The notes: generated from the letters alone by a model not told the origin. Numbered from the stretch's first letter, positions 1 through 9,959 are shown. The stretch is DNA of 64,000 nucleotides from Wenzhouxiangella sp. (GCA_041747995.1 JBGTEC010000038.1:16327-80326); one strand, 5' to 3'. Translations and numbers: made by a program.

Positions 1-122
1 GGAAACGGTAACATCCAGGCTTCCCAGTTGACCATCATGCGCAAGGCCGATTCGGAAACCACGCCGGACGTCAGGAAGATGGACATCGCCAGCATCAGTA
101 ATGCAGTAACGCCCAGGTCCAC
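1..122 (-). CDS. Partial CDS (5' end only), hydrophobic N-terminus; probable next gene of the vWA operon
   Basis: GTG at 122-120 lies 9 nt after the stop of 132..1586, preceded by TAAGG. Frame reads MDLGVTALLMLAMSIFLTSGVVSESALRMMVNWEAWMLPF, open to the window edge. Confidence 0.5.
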   Translation of the reverse strand, partial: MDLGVTALLMLAMSIFLTSGVVSESALRMMVNWEAWMLPF

Positions 123-131
123 TTGAGTACC

Positions 132-1586
132 TTACGGCAAGGGAACCGTGGTGTTTATGGAGACACCACGGTATGCGAGCTTCTCAGGCAAGCTGTTGGC
201 ATGCGCCCGGTAGACGAGGTTGAAACGGCGGAGCGCACCGCCGGTGGGCAGCCAGAATGGCTCGGCCAAGGGGACTGAACCGCGACTGTAGGCGCCGAGC
301 AGTTCAAGCTTGCTGTCATCGGCGGTCAGCAGGTCGATGCGGCTGGATATCGCCATCATGCCGCCGACCGGGCTGGTGTTTCGCATCGAAGCATCGAGGA
401 CGATCAGGGTTTGATCGGGCTCGGCGATGTAATCAGCGAACTGAGTGTGCTGTTCGAGCGCATGCAGGGTAAATGGTGTCGGCTCATCTTCAATGTTTGC
501 CAACGCGGTCGAATGCGCTGGAGATGTAGGCCCCCCCTTGAGAACGAAGGTCATGGAATTGGGGATGGGTGTTGTGATGCCCGGACCTCGAAACTCCGGA
601 AAATGAACTTCCAGTTCGATTGTTTCAGCATCAGTCGGAACCGGAAACACAGCCTTGCCCCCGGCAAAAGCATCCGGCAGGAACGCCGGCTCGTCCGGAA
701 TCAGACTCAAGGACAGGTCGCGAGGATAGGCATATTGACCATCCGCCACTGCGGTCAGCAAGCCCTGAGCCTGCACGTATTCCATCACCTTGGGGAGCTC
801 GATTTTGTCACGCGGGTCGGCCGACCGGTCCAGCGCCAGCGCGTCGGCTTCGATGGTCCAGGTGCCCTGTCCTCGCAGATCAACCACCAGCCACTCCATC
901 CCTTTCGGCGCCGCCTGGCCGTGCCATTCCTGTTGAAAGCTGGTGCCCGTGACGCCAATGGTCATCAACTCATTGGTCTGGATCTGGCTCGGCTGGCTGG
1001 CAACGCCTTCCTGTCCCAGCAACGACACGATAGCGGGCGCAAACTCATCGTGGTAATAGCGCAACGACAGCGTTTCGATGCCCTCGGCCGGAACCGGGTA
1101 GACCAGTCGGCCACCCATGCTGTGTCCGATCTGGCCCAGTACGAAATTGTTTTCCATGGCACCTTCATCATCATCGAACAGGACCCGACGGGTCACCAAC
1201 TTCCCGTTGACCAGCAGGTAGAGCTGGCGTTGCAGGGAAGCGATCAGAATTTCCTCCCGGTAGTCCAGGTCGAACAGCAGATCTGCCGGCATCCGGTTTT
1301 CGACCCGCGCGTCCATGACAAGCCAGTGCTGACCCGGCGGTGGTGCATGGCCGGCGTAACGATCCCGCAGCTCCATGCCGGTCACCCTGAAATGCAGCGC
1401 ACGATTACAACCCTCGGCTGACAGACTGTGCGGGGAATTGAGTTCCAGATCAACCGCGTTCAGCCGCGCTGGTAATTCGCCAGCCTGACTGGCCGACAGG
1501 CCCAAAATCAGCGCCAGAAGAATCAAGCCAATGGCATAGCAGTTTCGGATGAATTGATGGGTTGGCATGAATCGAGTCCTCAGCAT
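132..1586 (-). CDS. Secreted hypothetical protein with three DUF4352-like Ig-fold repeats
   Basis: Signal peptide (LILLALILGLSASQA). Three similar segments: PPPGQHWLVMDARVEN, APKGMEWLVVDLRG, AEPDQTLIVLDASMRN. Start overlaps the upstream stop (ATGCTGA). Confidence 0.7.
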   Translation of the reverse strand: MLRTRFMPTHQFIRNCYAIGLILLALILGLSASQAGELPARLNAVDLELNSPHSLSAEGCNRALHFRVTGMELRDRYAGHAPPPGQHWLVMDARVENRMPADLLFDLDYREEILIASLQRQLYLLVNGKLVTRRVLFDDDEGAMENNFVLGQIGHSMGGRLVYPVPAEGIETLSLRYYHDEFAPAIVSLLGQEGVASQPSQIQTNELMTIGVTGTSFQQEWHGQAAPKGMEWLVVDLRGQGTWTIEADALALDRSADPRDKIELPKVMEYVQAQGLLTAVADGQYAYPRDLSLSLIPDEPAFLPDAFAGGKAVFPVPTDAETIELEVHFPEFRGPGITTPIPNSMTFVLKGGPTSPAHSTALANIEDEPTPFTLHALEQHTQFADYIAEPDQTLIVLDASMRNTSPVGGMMAISSRIDLLTADDSKLELLGAYSRGSVPLAEPFWLPTGGALRRFNLVYRAHANSLPEKLAYRGVSINTTVPLP

Positions 1587-3961
1587 GGATCCGGGGTCAC
1601 TCTATCGACACCCGCATCACTAAAATGACCAACGCCCACACCCAGGGCCAATTGATAAACCAACGAATCCGGCATCCACCCCAATAGTTCCAGGTATTCG
1701 GCGTTCACCTCTGACAGCACATTCTTGGCCAGCACCTTGGCAGCCTCGCGCTTGATGCAGCATTTCATCGCAACGGCAGGCCGTCCGGGCACCAGGCACT
1801 GCCAGACCAGCACAACAAACGAGGCCGTAGAGCGCGCGTTGTTGATCGCCTTCCATTCCATGATGAAAGCCTCGACCATGGCCTGTCCACGACCATGGGC
1901 ACCGATGCCCAGCGTGGAGCCGGTAACCGGATCAACCCGCCACCATGTCAGATCCTCGACCAAATGTGGATCGGTCGGCAACACGACCTGGTTACCTGCA
2001 GCTTGCGCCTGGTTGAGGTAGGCCGCCCTATCAGGCGATAGGGCTTCCAGTTGGACAGCCTCCAGCGGCTGCCATGGCGCCGTATCCAGTGCCTGGCCAA
2101 ACGCCAGGCTGGTATTGATCACGCGGCCTTCTGTGTCCAGCAACCTGGCTTCCAGGGCCGTGTCGATCACACCCTGAGTCAGACGGATATGGCGCGCATC
2201 AACACCACTGTTGCCGATGACTTCCACTCGGTTGTCGATGATATCGAAGCCGCGGGTCAACACGGGTCCTTCCGGTGAAGTATCCAGTCGCTCGAAGGTG
2301 CTGATCAGGTTCAATCGCGTCAGTGCAATGACCTCGCTGTATGGGCTTAGCGTACGCCGCAGTGAGGCCAGGGTGACCAGATCGGCCGGAGCGGGGTTCA
2401 ACGATTCGATGGCCTTGCCGGTCAATTCCAGGCTGTCACGGCGCACGGCATGGACGGCGCCAAGCATGGCACGGCGGTTGGCCAGGATATCGTGCAGGAT
2501 ATGACCCACCGCGTAGGCCGGCGGCCACCAACTGCGTTGTGCCATGATTTCAGTGGACGAAAGCATGCCCAGCGCGCGGGCCTGGCGAACACTATCCGAA
2601 AACTCGAAATCCCGCGGTCGATCCGTACGTCGATGCGGACCGACCACGTCCATCAGGCTACGCTCGAAGGTCTCGGCCGGCCGTCCAGGAGCATGGACGG
2701 TCAGGCGCAAGAACACCGCGGTCAATTCAGGCGTCGGAGCCGTGTCATCGCCGCGTCCCCGGCCCAACTGGCCCAGCAGGCCGCTGGCTTCTTCCATCAA
2801 TTCAGCCTGCGCCGAGCGACCGACCTGGTCGACCACGCTGCCGTCGATACGAATGGCCTTTTGCACGACCGGCTTCCCGCCAATGACCAGAAAGGGAACC
2901 CACTCATCTTCTTGCAGCAGCAGCCTGGAGATGCGGTCATGATTGTAGTCATCGATGCGACTCATCAGGGCGGTTTCCCCGGGCAGTCCGGCCGGATGCA
3001 CCTCCAGCACCAGGGGCTGATCCGGCAAGTCCATTGCGGGCACTTCATGCCCAAGCGCGGTTCGCTCCCGCAATCGTCCACGCTCAAGGCGCTCGGCGAC
3101 AACCTCGAATGCCAGAACATGCATTGCCTTTTTCGGAAGATCCTCGGCCCAGAGGGTTTCGAAGGGGCCGGTATGAAGGCGAGCACCCGGCTGTTGTGCG
3201 GGCAGCGAGGGATCCAGGTCGGTCCAGCCCTGTCGGGTGCGCAACTGGACCCACCAGTGATCGGCCAGGGCCGCTCGATCTTGATCAGACTCTGCCGGAT
3301 CCGGTCCGGACCAGTCGATCTGGGCGGCCAGCGCCTGGGCCTGGCGTTCAATCTTGCCGGCAAATTGCTCGCGCATGGTCCGGGCCTGCTGCTCCTGGAC
3401 ACGGGCGTGATCACGCAGTGTATTGGCATCGGTGCCCATCTGCCGGGCAAGGTCACGATATATATCCGCCTTGTCAGCACTGCTGAGCGGCCGGGATGGC
3501 GAGTTGTTCGAGAACGGTAGTGCCTCAAGTTGCGCAACTGCGTCCTGGTTCAGTGTGGCGTGGGCGAGGCGAACCTGGTGACCGGCAATTTCGAGCAGCC
3601 TGGCCAGCAGCAGGGCACGATCCAGGTGGCTGCCTCCGAGATCCATCAATGTGCCACGCGGACCTTTCAGCGCGCCCTGGTAGGGCAACAGTCGGGTATG
3701 GTCACGAACCCAGGCGAACAGGTCGTCGGGGTCATCGCCAATAAGTGCCTGACGCGAGGCGACGTCAAACTGCTCGGTCGGCGCCTGATCCTGGGCAAAG
3801 CTGATAGCGCGATAGAACTCATGCAGGTCCCGCTCGGCGGCCTGGAAGCGATCGGCCGGATCGGAAAAGCAGGCGTCGGCCGCGACCTGAAAACTGGTAA
3901 AGATCAGCAGCAAGGCAGTGCATGTTCTCAAGTACAACATAGTCGTGTTCCTTTCAGTCAT
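1580..3961 (-). CDS. Secreted transglutaminase-like (papain-fold) protein, catalytic Cys absent
   Basis: Motifs FAWVRD..PYQGALKGPRGTL..GGSHLDRALLLARLL and DHWWVQ..GWTDLDP; signal peptide. ATG at 3961 overlaps the vWA gene stop (ATGACTGA), so the start was moved from 4027. Confidence 0.75.
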   Translation of the reverse strand: MTERNTTMLYLRTCTALLLIFTSFQVAADACFSDPADRFQAAERDLHEFYRAISFAQDQAPTEQFDVASRQALIGDDPDDLFAWVRDHTRLLPYQGALKGPRGTLMDLGGSHLDRALLLARLLEIAGHQVRLAHATLNQDAVAQLEALPFSNNSPSRPLSSADKADIYRDLARQMGTDANTLRDHARVQEQQARTMREQFAGKIERQAQALAAQIDWSGPDPAESDQDRAALADHWWVQLRTRQGWTDLDPSLPAQQPGARLHTGPFETLWAEDLPKKAMHVLAFEVVAERLERGRLRERTALGHEVPAMDLPDQPLVLEVHPAGLPGETALMSRIDDYNHDRISRLLLQEDEWVPFLVIGGKPVVQKAIRIDGSVVDQVGRSAQAELMEEASGLLGQLGRGRGDDTAPTPELTAVFLRLTVHAPGRPAETFERSLMDVVGPHRRTDRPRDFEFSDSVRQARALGMLSSTEIMAQRSWWPPAYAVGHILHDILANRRAMLGAVHAVRRDSLELTGKAIESLNPAPADLVTLASLRRTLSPYSEVIALTRLNLISTFERLDTSPEGPVLTRGFDIIDNRVEVIGNSGVDARHIRLTQGVIDTALEARLLDTEGRVINTSLAFGQALDTAPWQPLEAVQLEALSPDRAAYLNQAQAAGNQVVLPTDPHLVEDLTWWRVDPVTGSTLGIGAHGRGQAMVEAFIMEWKAINNARSTASFVVLVWQCLVPGRPAVAMKCCIKREAAKVLAKNVLSEVNAEYLELLGWMPDSLVYQLALGVGVGHFSDAGVDRVTPDPC

Positions 3962-6900
3962 CGGACAGCCTGATCTCCATGACCTGATCCGGCTGGATTC
4001 GAATATCGCGACGCTTGTCGCCGGCACTGGTCTCGATGATCAGTTCATAGTTGCCCGGTTCCAGCTTGATCCGCTCGTGGTCAACCCGACCACGGCCCAC
4101 TTCGTTACCCGCCGCATCCTCTACGCGAAATTCGGCAGCCAGGGCCTGGGCCAGACCATCGACCAGTTGCTCGCCGTCCTGACTGTCAAAATAGTGCCCG
4201 CCGCCGGCTTCGGCGAAACGCTCGAATTCAGCCTGCAGGCCGATTTCCTCGATATGGAAACCGACGATATTGAGGCGAACGTCAACGCCTGCATCGATCA
4301 GATCGGCCACCGCTTGCTCCACGTCACCATCACAGGTCTCCTCGCCGTCGGTCAGCATGATGACCAGTCGCTGCTGGTCCTCAAATCCCTTGAGATCGTC
4401 AACAACCGCATTCAGCGAAGCAGCCAATGGCGTCCGCGCCAGGTTGATCGCCTGGATAGCATCAATGGCACGGTGTACCTCGGCTTGATTGCCTGAAACT
4501 GGCGTGACCAGCAACTCGGTTTCACAACTGTGCGGCTCGGTGTGACCGTAAACCCGCAACGCCAACGGCACTTCCTCCGGGACGCGTTCATCGAGTACTT
4601 CGCGCACGATCCGTTTGGCCACATCAATTCTGCGACCACCTGTCATGCGCCTTAGCATCGACCCGGATGCATCGAAAATAAGGTGGACGACCCCGGCACC
4701 GATGACAGGCGTCTCACCGGCCGTTACGCTCAGGTAGCCCGGTTCCGGCGGCGCCTGCCAGGTGCTTTCGACTTCGAGGCCAAAACGCGTCGGCTGGCGC
4801 AGTTCGCGAAGCGCGGCTTCGAAACCACGAACCAGATCGGTGCGCCCTATTGCGTAGCGATAGTTGCCGTTGCCTGCGTTGGCCCAGGATTTCATCAGGT
4901 TCTGGTACCAGCGATTCTCGTCGATATCGACCCGGCTGCCGTGATTGACTTCCAGGGCAAAGATACGCGGTCGGACGCGTTCAAGATCGTTCCAGACTGC
5001 CAGGTTCCTTCTGATCAGCTCGGCATCGGTGATCAGAAAGATCACATGCTCGCCATCGCGCCGTTCAAGTGCACGACTGGCAGCAATCAAGGCGGGTTCG
5101 GAATCAGAGGAGGTAAATGAATTGTTGTAGCTGGCCAGCGTGGCAGTGATCTCAATCGGATATTCCGCCCAGTCATGAATCAGCATCGGGCCACCCAGTG
5201 GCATCAAATTAGCCACTTCCTTGCCGGGCTGAAGGCCCTGGGCGAAACGCCCAAGCGCCTGGTAAATGGCGGACTGGTGAGAGGCGACGCTGCCGCTGCC
5301 GTCCCACAGAAACGCAATCGACCGGGGCGGCATTTCAATATCAAGACGGTACTCGCCCGGTTCCAGGCCAACCTCGCTGGCGACCCGACGGCCATCCTTG
5401 CCACTGAATTCCAGTTCAATGCTGTCTCCCCCCGGTCCGATCAGCCGGGCACGCAGGCGGCCGGCCATGCTCTCGTCCAGAGTAAAACTCAAGGTATTTT
5501 CTGCTGCGCCCAGTTCGATGCGGTAGCTGCGCACATCACCTGGCTCTTCAAGCTCAGCCGTGATGCGGCTCGGCAACGGACTGGACAATGCCTTGGGTCT
5601 GTCGGGCGTGCTGCTGCGATCTTCCACCGCGGCTAGGGATTGGGCAGCGGGCTCCCATGGACCGTGCTGGTCATCCATACCCCAGTAAGCCAGCGCCGAG
5701 TGGCCACTAGCGAGGGAATCGGCTTCGTAGGCGCGAATATCGGCTGGAATGCGCCACACACTGGTGTCGCCAGGTTCCGGCTCGGAGAACACCAGGCGCA
5801 GGTAACGCGCCTCCGGTGGCTGATCGGCAAACTCGAACTCAGCCTGCATCTGCTCGCCACGCTCAAGAACCCAGTCGCCATGATCAAGCCATGGCCCCAG
5901 CGGACTTTCGGTGCTGGTGTACACCCGCACCTTGCCAATCAGCTCGCCGGCATCGTCCGGACTGTCTTGCCAGACCAGCTTGTCCAGCCGTGCAACTCGA
6001 TGTTGGAGGAAACCAAAAGCAGCATCGATCGTGCGCCCACGAATTCGCTGCCCGCGATGGGCTTGAGTCCCGCCCCACGGAAAATCATGGTCCGTACTGC
6101 CCGCAGGGCGAGTGTAGATCCAGTGGCCGCCCAGGGGTGCGGCCAGCAGATTGCGTTTGGCATCTGCCAGCGGGCCGGCTGGTTGACCGAGGGCGCGAAA
6201 CAGGCCTGTCCCCGTGGTCCGCTGGCCACCCCAGGCGGAGCGAGGACGAATCTGCACGTACTGGGCCTGAATGGGGGCTGGCAGCGCGAAAAACTGTTCA
6301 CCATCTCCTGCTTCCAGCGTGATGGTCTTGCCGTGAGGCAGGTCATCGGGTTGATTGCCCCAGCGAATCTCCACGTCGCGCCAGCGACTGTTCATGTCAT
6401 GGCGTGAGCGCTGATTGAAGACGAACGCGTGTAATTCACCACCCTCGCCGGCCAGTCTCAGCGGCGGCAGCGGGTTATCCATTTCGCGCCAGTCCATCGA
6501 ACTGCCACCGGCGGCCATGCCGTCGTTGAGGAACTGGAGAAAAACCCGGTTACCGCCCCAACTTTGGTCAATTGTTTCCCCGGACTGCGGGTCAACGAAG
6601 TGCGCACCAAGCGCACCCCAGGCCAGATCAACCATTCCATAAAAGGGTTGGGCCCGTGTTGACGCCGACTCCGGGTGCACCGGATCAATACGGGGAACGA
6701 TTGTCACCGACTCACTAACATGAATATTGGCAACGGCCGCGAACAGGGTCAGGGGCGCATCGTCGGGCAAGTCCGGCGGTGCCACCAGCTCAAATTCAAT
6801 GACATTGCTCTCGCCTGCACCAAGCACGACCGTTTCATCCAGGCCTTCCACTGCCCAGCCGTGATGGGTGGCGTGAACCTGGATGGGCAGTTCGAGCGAC

Positions 6901-9257
6901 TCGCTTTCCTGGTTGCGAAGCTCAAGCTGAGCGCCGATGCGCTGGGCCAGGGGAGTATGGGCGGCAACCCTGTCAGTCGACAGGCTCAGACTGGCCTGGA
7001 CCGCGACATCACTGGCGGCAACCAGTGCTTCATCATCAATTCGGTATTCCTGGTCCGCGCGGCCGGCACGCAGCTCAAGGTACCACTGGACGCCACCTGG
7101 CAACGTGGTGGTATAGGCGTCCTCTTCGTCGATCTCGACCAGATCCAGTCGATTGTCATGGCCGTCAACGACCTGGACATGCCTTAAAGTCGACGAATGG
7201 ATAACGATGTCTCGATCCTCCTCGGTCACCGGCAAAGCCAGGTATTCCTGGCGCGAGCCAAGAGCATTCAGCGCTTTGTGATAGACACCATTTCCCGGGA
7301 ACGGCAAAGCCAGCCAGGGCATGGGCATGAACGGATGGGCGTCATGACCGGACCAGGGGTGGTCAAAGTCAACCCGAAGCGCGTAATCCGCGGACGGTTC
7401 GGCGCTGCCGGTCACCTTGAGCCGGTAGTCGCCCTCGGGAACCACGCTGGTGAAGCGGGTGCGCCGTTCAATCTCCGGCGTGAGCAGAATGCGTTGCCCG
7501 GCCCAACTGACTTCAAGTTGCGCGCTGCCTCCGGCCGGAGGATCGAGATCAAAGACCAGCCGGTTGCGACCGGGCGAGTGCAGGTAGAAATGGTCCTCAT
7601 CGTTCGGTGAATAAAAACTGCCGCGCATGACCTGCCCCATCCGCATTGCATTGGCTGTTTGAGGATTATCATTGGGTTCACGTTCCCGGCCGGGCTCAGG
7701 CTGGCCAAGTTCCCTGGTCACCAAACGATAGCTGCTATCTTCACCGTCCACGCGAATCCGGTAGTGACCGGGCGACAGCCACTGGCCATCCAGCAACAAC
7801 GCACCACTTCCGGGCGATCGCCGGCTGCGACGGTCACTGGCCAAGGCACTGCGCACACCTACTCGATACAGGTCCAGCCGGGTGATGTTCTCGCCATCGA
7901 CTTCAATTTGCCACAACTGCGGCTCGCCACCCAGGTGCCAGTCGAACCAGGCTGTGCGACTGTCACGCAGACTGCCCTCAACTGGCCGGCCAGAGCGCAA
8001 TGGTGCCGCCCAGTGAGTGGTGTCGTTCGGCTCGATGGCACGCTGGCCCGGCAATGCCGGCCCAGGCCGAAGAATCATTTCGACTCGGCCCGGCTCGGCT
8101 CGGTGTGCCAACCTGACCCCCAGGCTGTAGCTGCCAACGGGAAGCTGCATGTCCTGAAACAGGGCCTCGCCGGTGCCGCTCCGACAAACTTCACTACGGC
8201 TGCCAGCCTTCGCCAGGCAGACCGTGGCCTCCGTCGCCGCATCGCCTGCAAGGTCAATGTTCAGGCTGCCGGAGGCCAGCGACTCATCGACTGCAAAGCT
8301 CAGCCAGTGGCGCTGGCGTGACTCAAGGGGTATCTCGAAAGCAATGCCCGGTTCAATCCAGGCGGCCTCGTCTGGGGAAGCGGCGACTTCCGGCTCGGGA
8401 TCGGCAGAAATCTCGTCAGCCTCCTGGCCATCCTGATCGAACTGTACGCCAAAGCGTCCGATGTTCTGGCCATTTCTGCTGCGAACGCGCAAACGGCTGC
8501 CCTCGGTCAGGGGCTGGCGTGCCCAGACGTGCTGCAATGGCTGATCAAAGGCCGGGCCAACAAGTGGTTCGCCGTCGGCGTCAACAACAATTGCTTCAAT
8601 CTCACTACCCAACTCCGACAGGACAGAGATTCGCCACAACCGGCCCTCTTCATCCACTTCCAGATCGAAATCATGCTCCTCGACATTGAGCTGAAAGAAC
8701 CACTGGCGTCCGGGGTTGACCTGCAGCGGATTGTTGTCTTCAGGGTTTGCCCTGCCGCGAATGTTGACTCGGCCGGAATCCGTAAAGCTGAGGCGGTAAT
8801 TGCCGGTGCCACCATTTTGTCGCAGGCGAACCAGATGCTCGCCCGGTGGCACCAGCAAATCCTGCAGGACCCGTGATGGTCGACGGGAGGTGATTTCAAG
8901 CTCAGCCAGTCCCGTCTCCTCACCTTTGGTCTCATCAGGCTGTGCACCAAACTCCATGACCGCCGCTTCAATCTCTTCGGCGGGCCATAACAGTTCAGCC
9001 AGGATTTCCGAATCGGTTTCGCCCGTCAGTTCGAGGGTCCACAAGCGATCCGAATCGGTATCGTCAAGCACCCACAAGAAGTTGTCGGTATCCCCCGGCG
9101 GCAATTCACCAATCAATCGGGCCTGGCCACGAAAGCTCTGGGCCTGATCCAGCGTATCGTTGGGTTCACGTTCAAAAAGGGTGCGCGGATACCCGAAGCC
9201 GGACTCGGCCAGGGCCACGAACAACACGACAAGGATCACCTTCGAGTAAAACGGCAT
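3954..9257 (-). CDS. Giant exported multidomain protein: EPND/PPC-like repeats, NEW3-like Ig domain, two discoidin-like regions, two vWA domains
   Basis: Signal peptide; EREPND, AIEPND and EREPND motifs; MIDAS motifs WDGSGS and FDASGSM..RIDVAK..LTDGEETC; APIQAQYVQIRP and PPEARYLRLVF. Alternative start at 9284. Confidence 0.8.
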   Translation of the reverse strand: MPFYSKVILVVLFVALAESGFGYPRTLFEREPNDTLDQAQSFRGQARLIGELPPGDTDNFLWVLDDTDSDRLWTLELTGETDSEILAELLWPAEEIEAAVMEFGAQPDETKGEETGLAELEITSRRPSRVLQDLLVPPGEHLVRLRQNGGTGNYRLSFTDSGRVNIRGRANPEDNNPLQVNPGRQWFFQLNVEEHDFDLEVDEEGRLWRISVLSELGSEIEAIVVDADGEPLVGPAFDQPLQHVWARQPLTEGSRLRVRSRNGQNIGRFGVQFDQDGQEADEISADPEPEVAASPDEAAWIEPGIAFEIPLESRQRHWLSFAVDESLASGSLNIDLAGDAATEATVCLAKAGSRSEVCRSGTGEALFQDMQLPVGSYSLGVRLAHRAEPGRVEMILRPGPALPGQRAIEPNDTTHWAAPLRSGRPVEGSLRDSRTAWFDWHLGGEPQLWQIEVDGENITRLDLYRVGVRSALASDRRSRRSPGSGALLLDGQWLSPGHYRIRVDGEDSSYRLVTRELGQPEPGREREPNDNPQTANAMRMGQVMRGSFYSPNDEDHFYLHSPGRNRLVFDLDPPAGGSAQLEVSWAGQRILLTPEIERRTRFTSVVPEGDYRLKVTGSAEPSADYALRVDFDHPWSGHDAHPFMPMPWLALPFPGNGVYHKALNALGSRQEYLALPVTEEDRDIVIHSSTLRHVQVVDGHDNRLDLVEIDEEDAYTTTLPGGVQWYLELRAGRADQEYRIDDEALVAASDVAVQASLSLSTDRVAAHTPLAQRIGAQLELRNQESESLELPIQVHATHHGWAVEGLDETVVLGAGESNVIEFELVAPPDLPDDAPLTLFAAVANIHVSESVTIVPRIDPVHPESASTRAQPFYGMVDLAWGALGAHFVDPQSGETIDQSWGGNRVFLQFLNDGMAAGGSSMDWREMDNPLPPLRLAGEGGELHAFVFNQRSRHDMNSRWRDVEIRWGNQPDDLPHGKTITLEAGDGEQFFALPAPIQAQYVQIRPRSAWGGQRTTGTGLFRALGQPAGPLADAKRNLLAAPLGGHWIYTRPAGSTDHDFPWGGTQAHRGQRIRGRTIDAAFGFLQHRVARLDKLVWQDSPDDAGELIGKVRVYTSTESPLGPWLDHGDWVLERGEQMQAEFEFADQPPEARYLRLVFSEPEPGDTSVWRIPADIRAYEADSLASGHSALAYWGMDDQHGPWEPAAQSLAAVEDRSSTPDRPKALSSPLPSRITAELEEPGDVRSYRIELGAAENTLSFTLDESMAGRLRARLIGPGGDSIELEFSGKDGRRVASEVGLEPGEYRLDIEMPPRSIAFLWDGSGSVASHQSAIYQALGRFAQGLQPGKEVANLMPLGGPMLIHDWAEYPIEITATLASYNNSFTSSDSEPALIAASRALERRDGEHVIFLITDAELIRRNLAVWNDLERVRPRIFALEVNHGSRVDIDENRWYQNLMKSWANAGNGNYRYAIGRTDLVRGFEAALRELRQPTRFGLEVESTWQAPPEPGYLSVTAGETPVIGAGVVHLIFDASGSMLRRMTGGRRIDVAKRIVREVLDERVPEEVPLALRVYGHTEPHSCETELLVTPVSGNQAEVHRAIDAIQAINLARTPLAASLNAVVDDLKGFEDQQRLVIMLTDGEETCDGDVEQAVADLIDAGVDVRLNIVGFHIEEIGLQAEFERFAEAGGGHYFDSQDGEQLVDGLAQALAAEFRVEDAAGNEVGRGRVDHERIKLEPGNYELIIETSAGDKRRDIRIQPDQVMEIRLSDD

Positions 9258-9294
9258 GGGGGTGGACTCTTTTTCGTACCTCATACCTCACTGT

Positions 9295-9321
9295 AACGTG
9301 ATCGCGGCCCGAATCAGGACA
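9295..9321 (-). promoter_or_regulatory. Possible ECF-type promoter for the vWA operon
   Basis: Minus strand TGTC-N19-CGTT between the ECF gene and the vWA gene. CGT-type -10 elements are typical of ECF promoters; the match is weak. Confidence 0.2.
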
Positions 9322-9359
9322 GAGGCTTGACCGGTCGGCACCCGTGCAGAGTGATCTCG

Positions 9360-9959
9360 TCAGTTAAGGCTTCCCAGTTCGCTCAGTTCGACCCTGAGCC
9401 AGGCGCGTGCGCGACTGAGGTCGCGGATCACGGTGCGACTGGACACGCCCAGCATTTCGCCGATCTCCTCAACGGTGTAGCCGGCAAACAACTGCGCGGC
9501 CAGGGCCTCGGCCATGCGGGCATTGCTGGCTTCCATGGCCGCCAGCGCTTGTTCAACCGCCATGATGCGACCCAGGTCTTCAGGTACCAGGGCATAGTCG
9601 GCTTCATTGAAGGTTTCTCGGACCTGGTTACCTCCACGCTTGGCGGTCAACTGTTTGCGGGTGTAATCGAGGATCAACTGGCGCATGACGCAGGCTGCCA
9701 GACGCTGGAAATGAAGTCGATCCTCGATCGGGTTCCGAGCGTGGTTACGCAACTTGAGGAAAGCTTCGTGAACCAGGGCCGTGGTCTGCATGGTGACGTT
9801 GGCGCCCAGCCGCCGCCGTTGAGCGCGGCCAATGCGCTTCAGATCGTCGTAAACCATCGGGACAAGCCGGTCGAAAAGCTCCGGGGAGAATCGAATCTCG
9901 TCAAGCAGTTGCGTCACCTCGGAAGGGTCGACGGGCGCCCTGACCTGCTCACTGCCCAT
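9360..9959 (-). CDS. ECF RNA polymerase sigma factor, TIGR02999 (kinase-associated) type
   Basis: EVTQLL..LVPMVYDDLKRI..TMQTTALVHEAFLKL..HF..AACVMRQLILDY.RKQLTAKRGG; region 4 FAGYTVEEIGEMLGVSSRTVIRDLSRARAWL. Start set at ATG 9959. Confidence 0.9.
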   Translation of the reverse strand: MGSEQVRAPVDPSEVTQLLDEIRFSPELFDRLVPMVYDDLKRIGRAQRRRLGANVTMQTTALVHEAFLKLRNHARNPIEDRLHFQRLAACVMRQLILDYTRKQLTAKRGGNQVRETFNEADYALVPEDLGRIMAVEQALAAMEASNARMAEALAAQLFAGYTVEEIGEMLGVSSRTVIRDLSRARAWLRVELSELGSLN

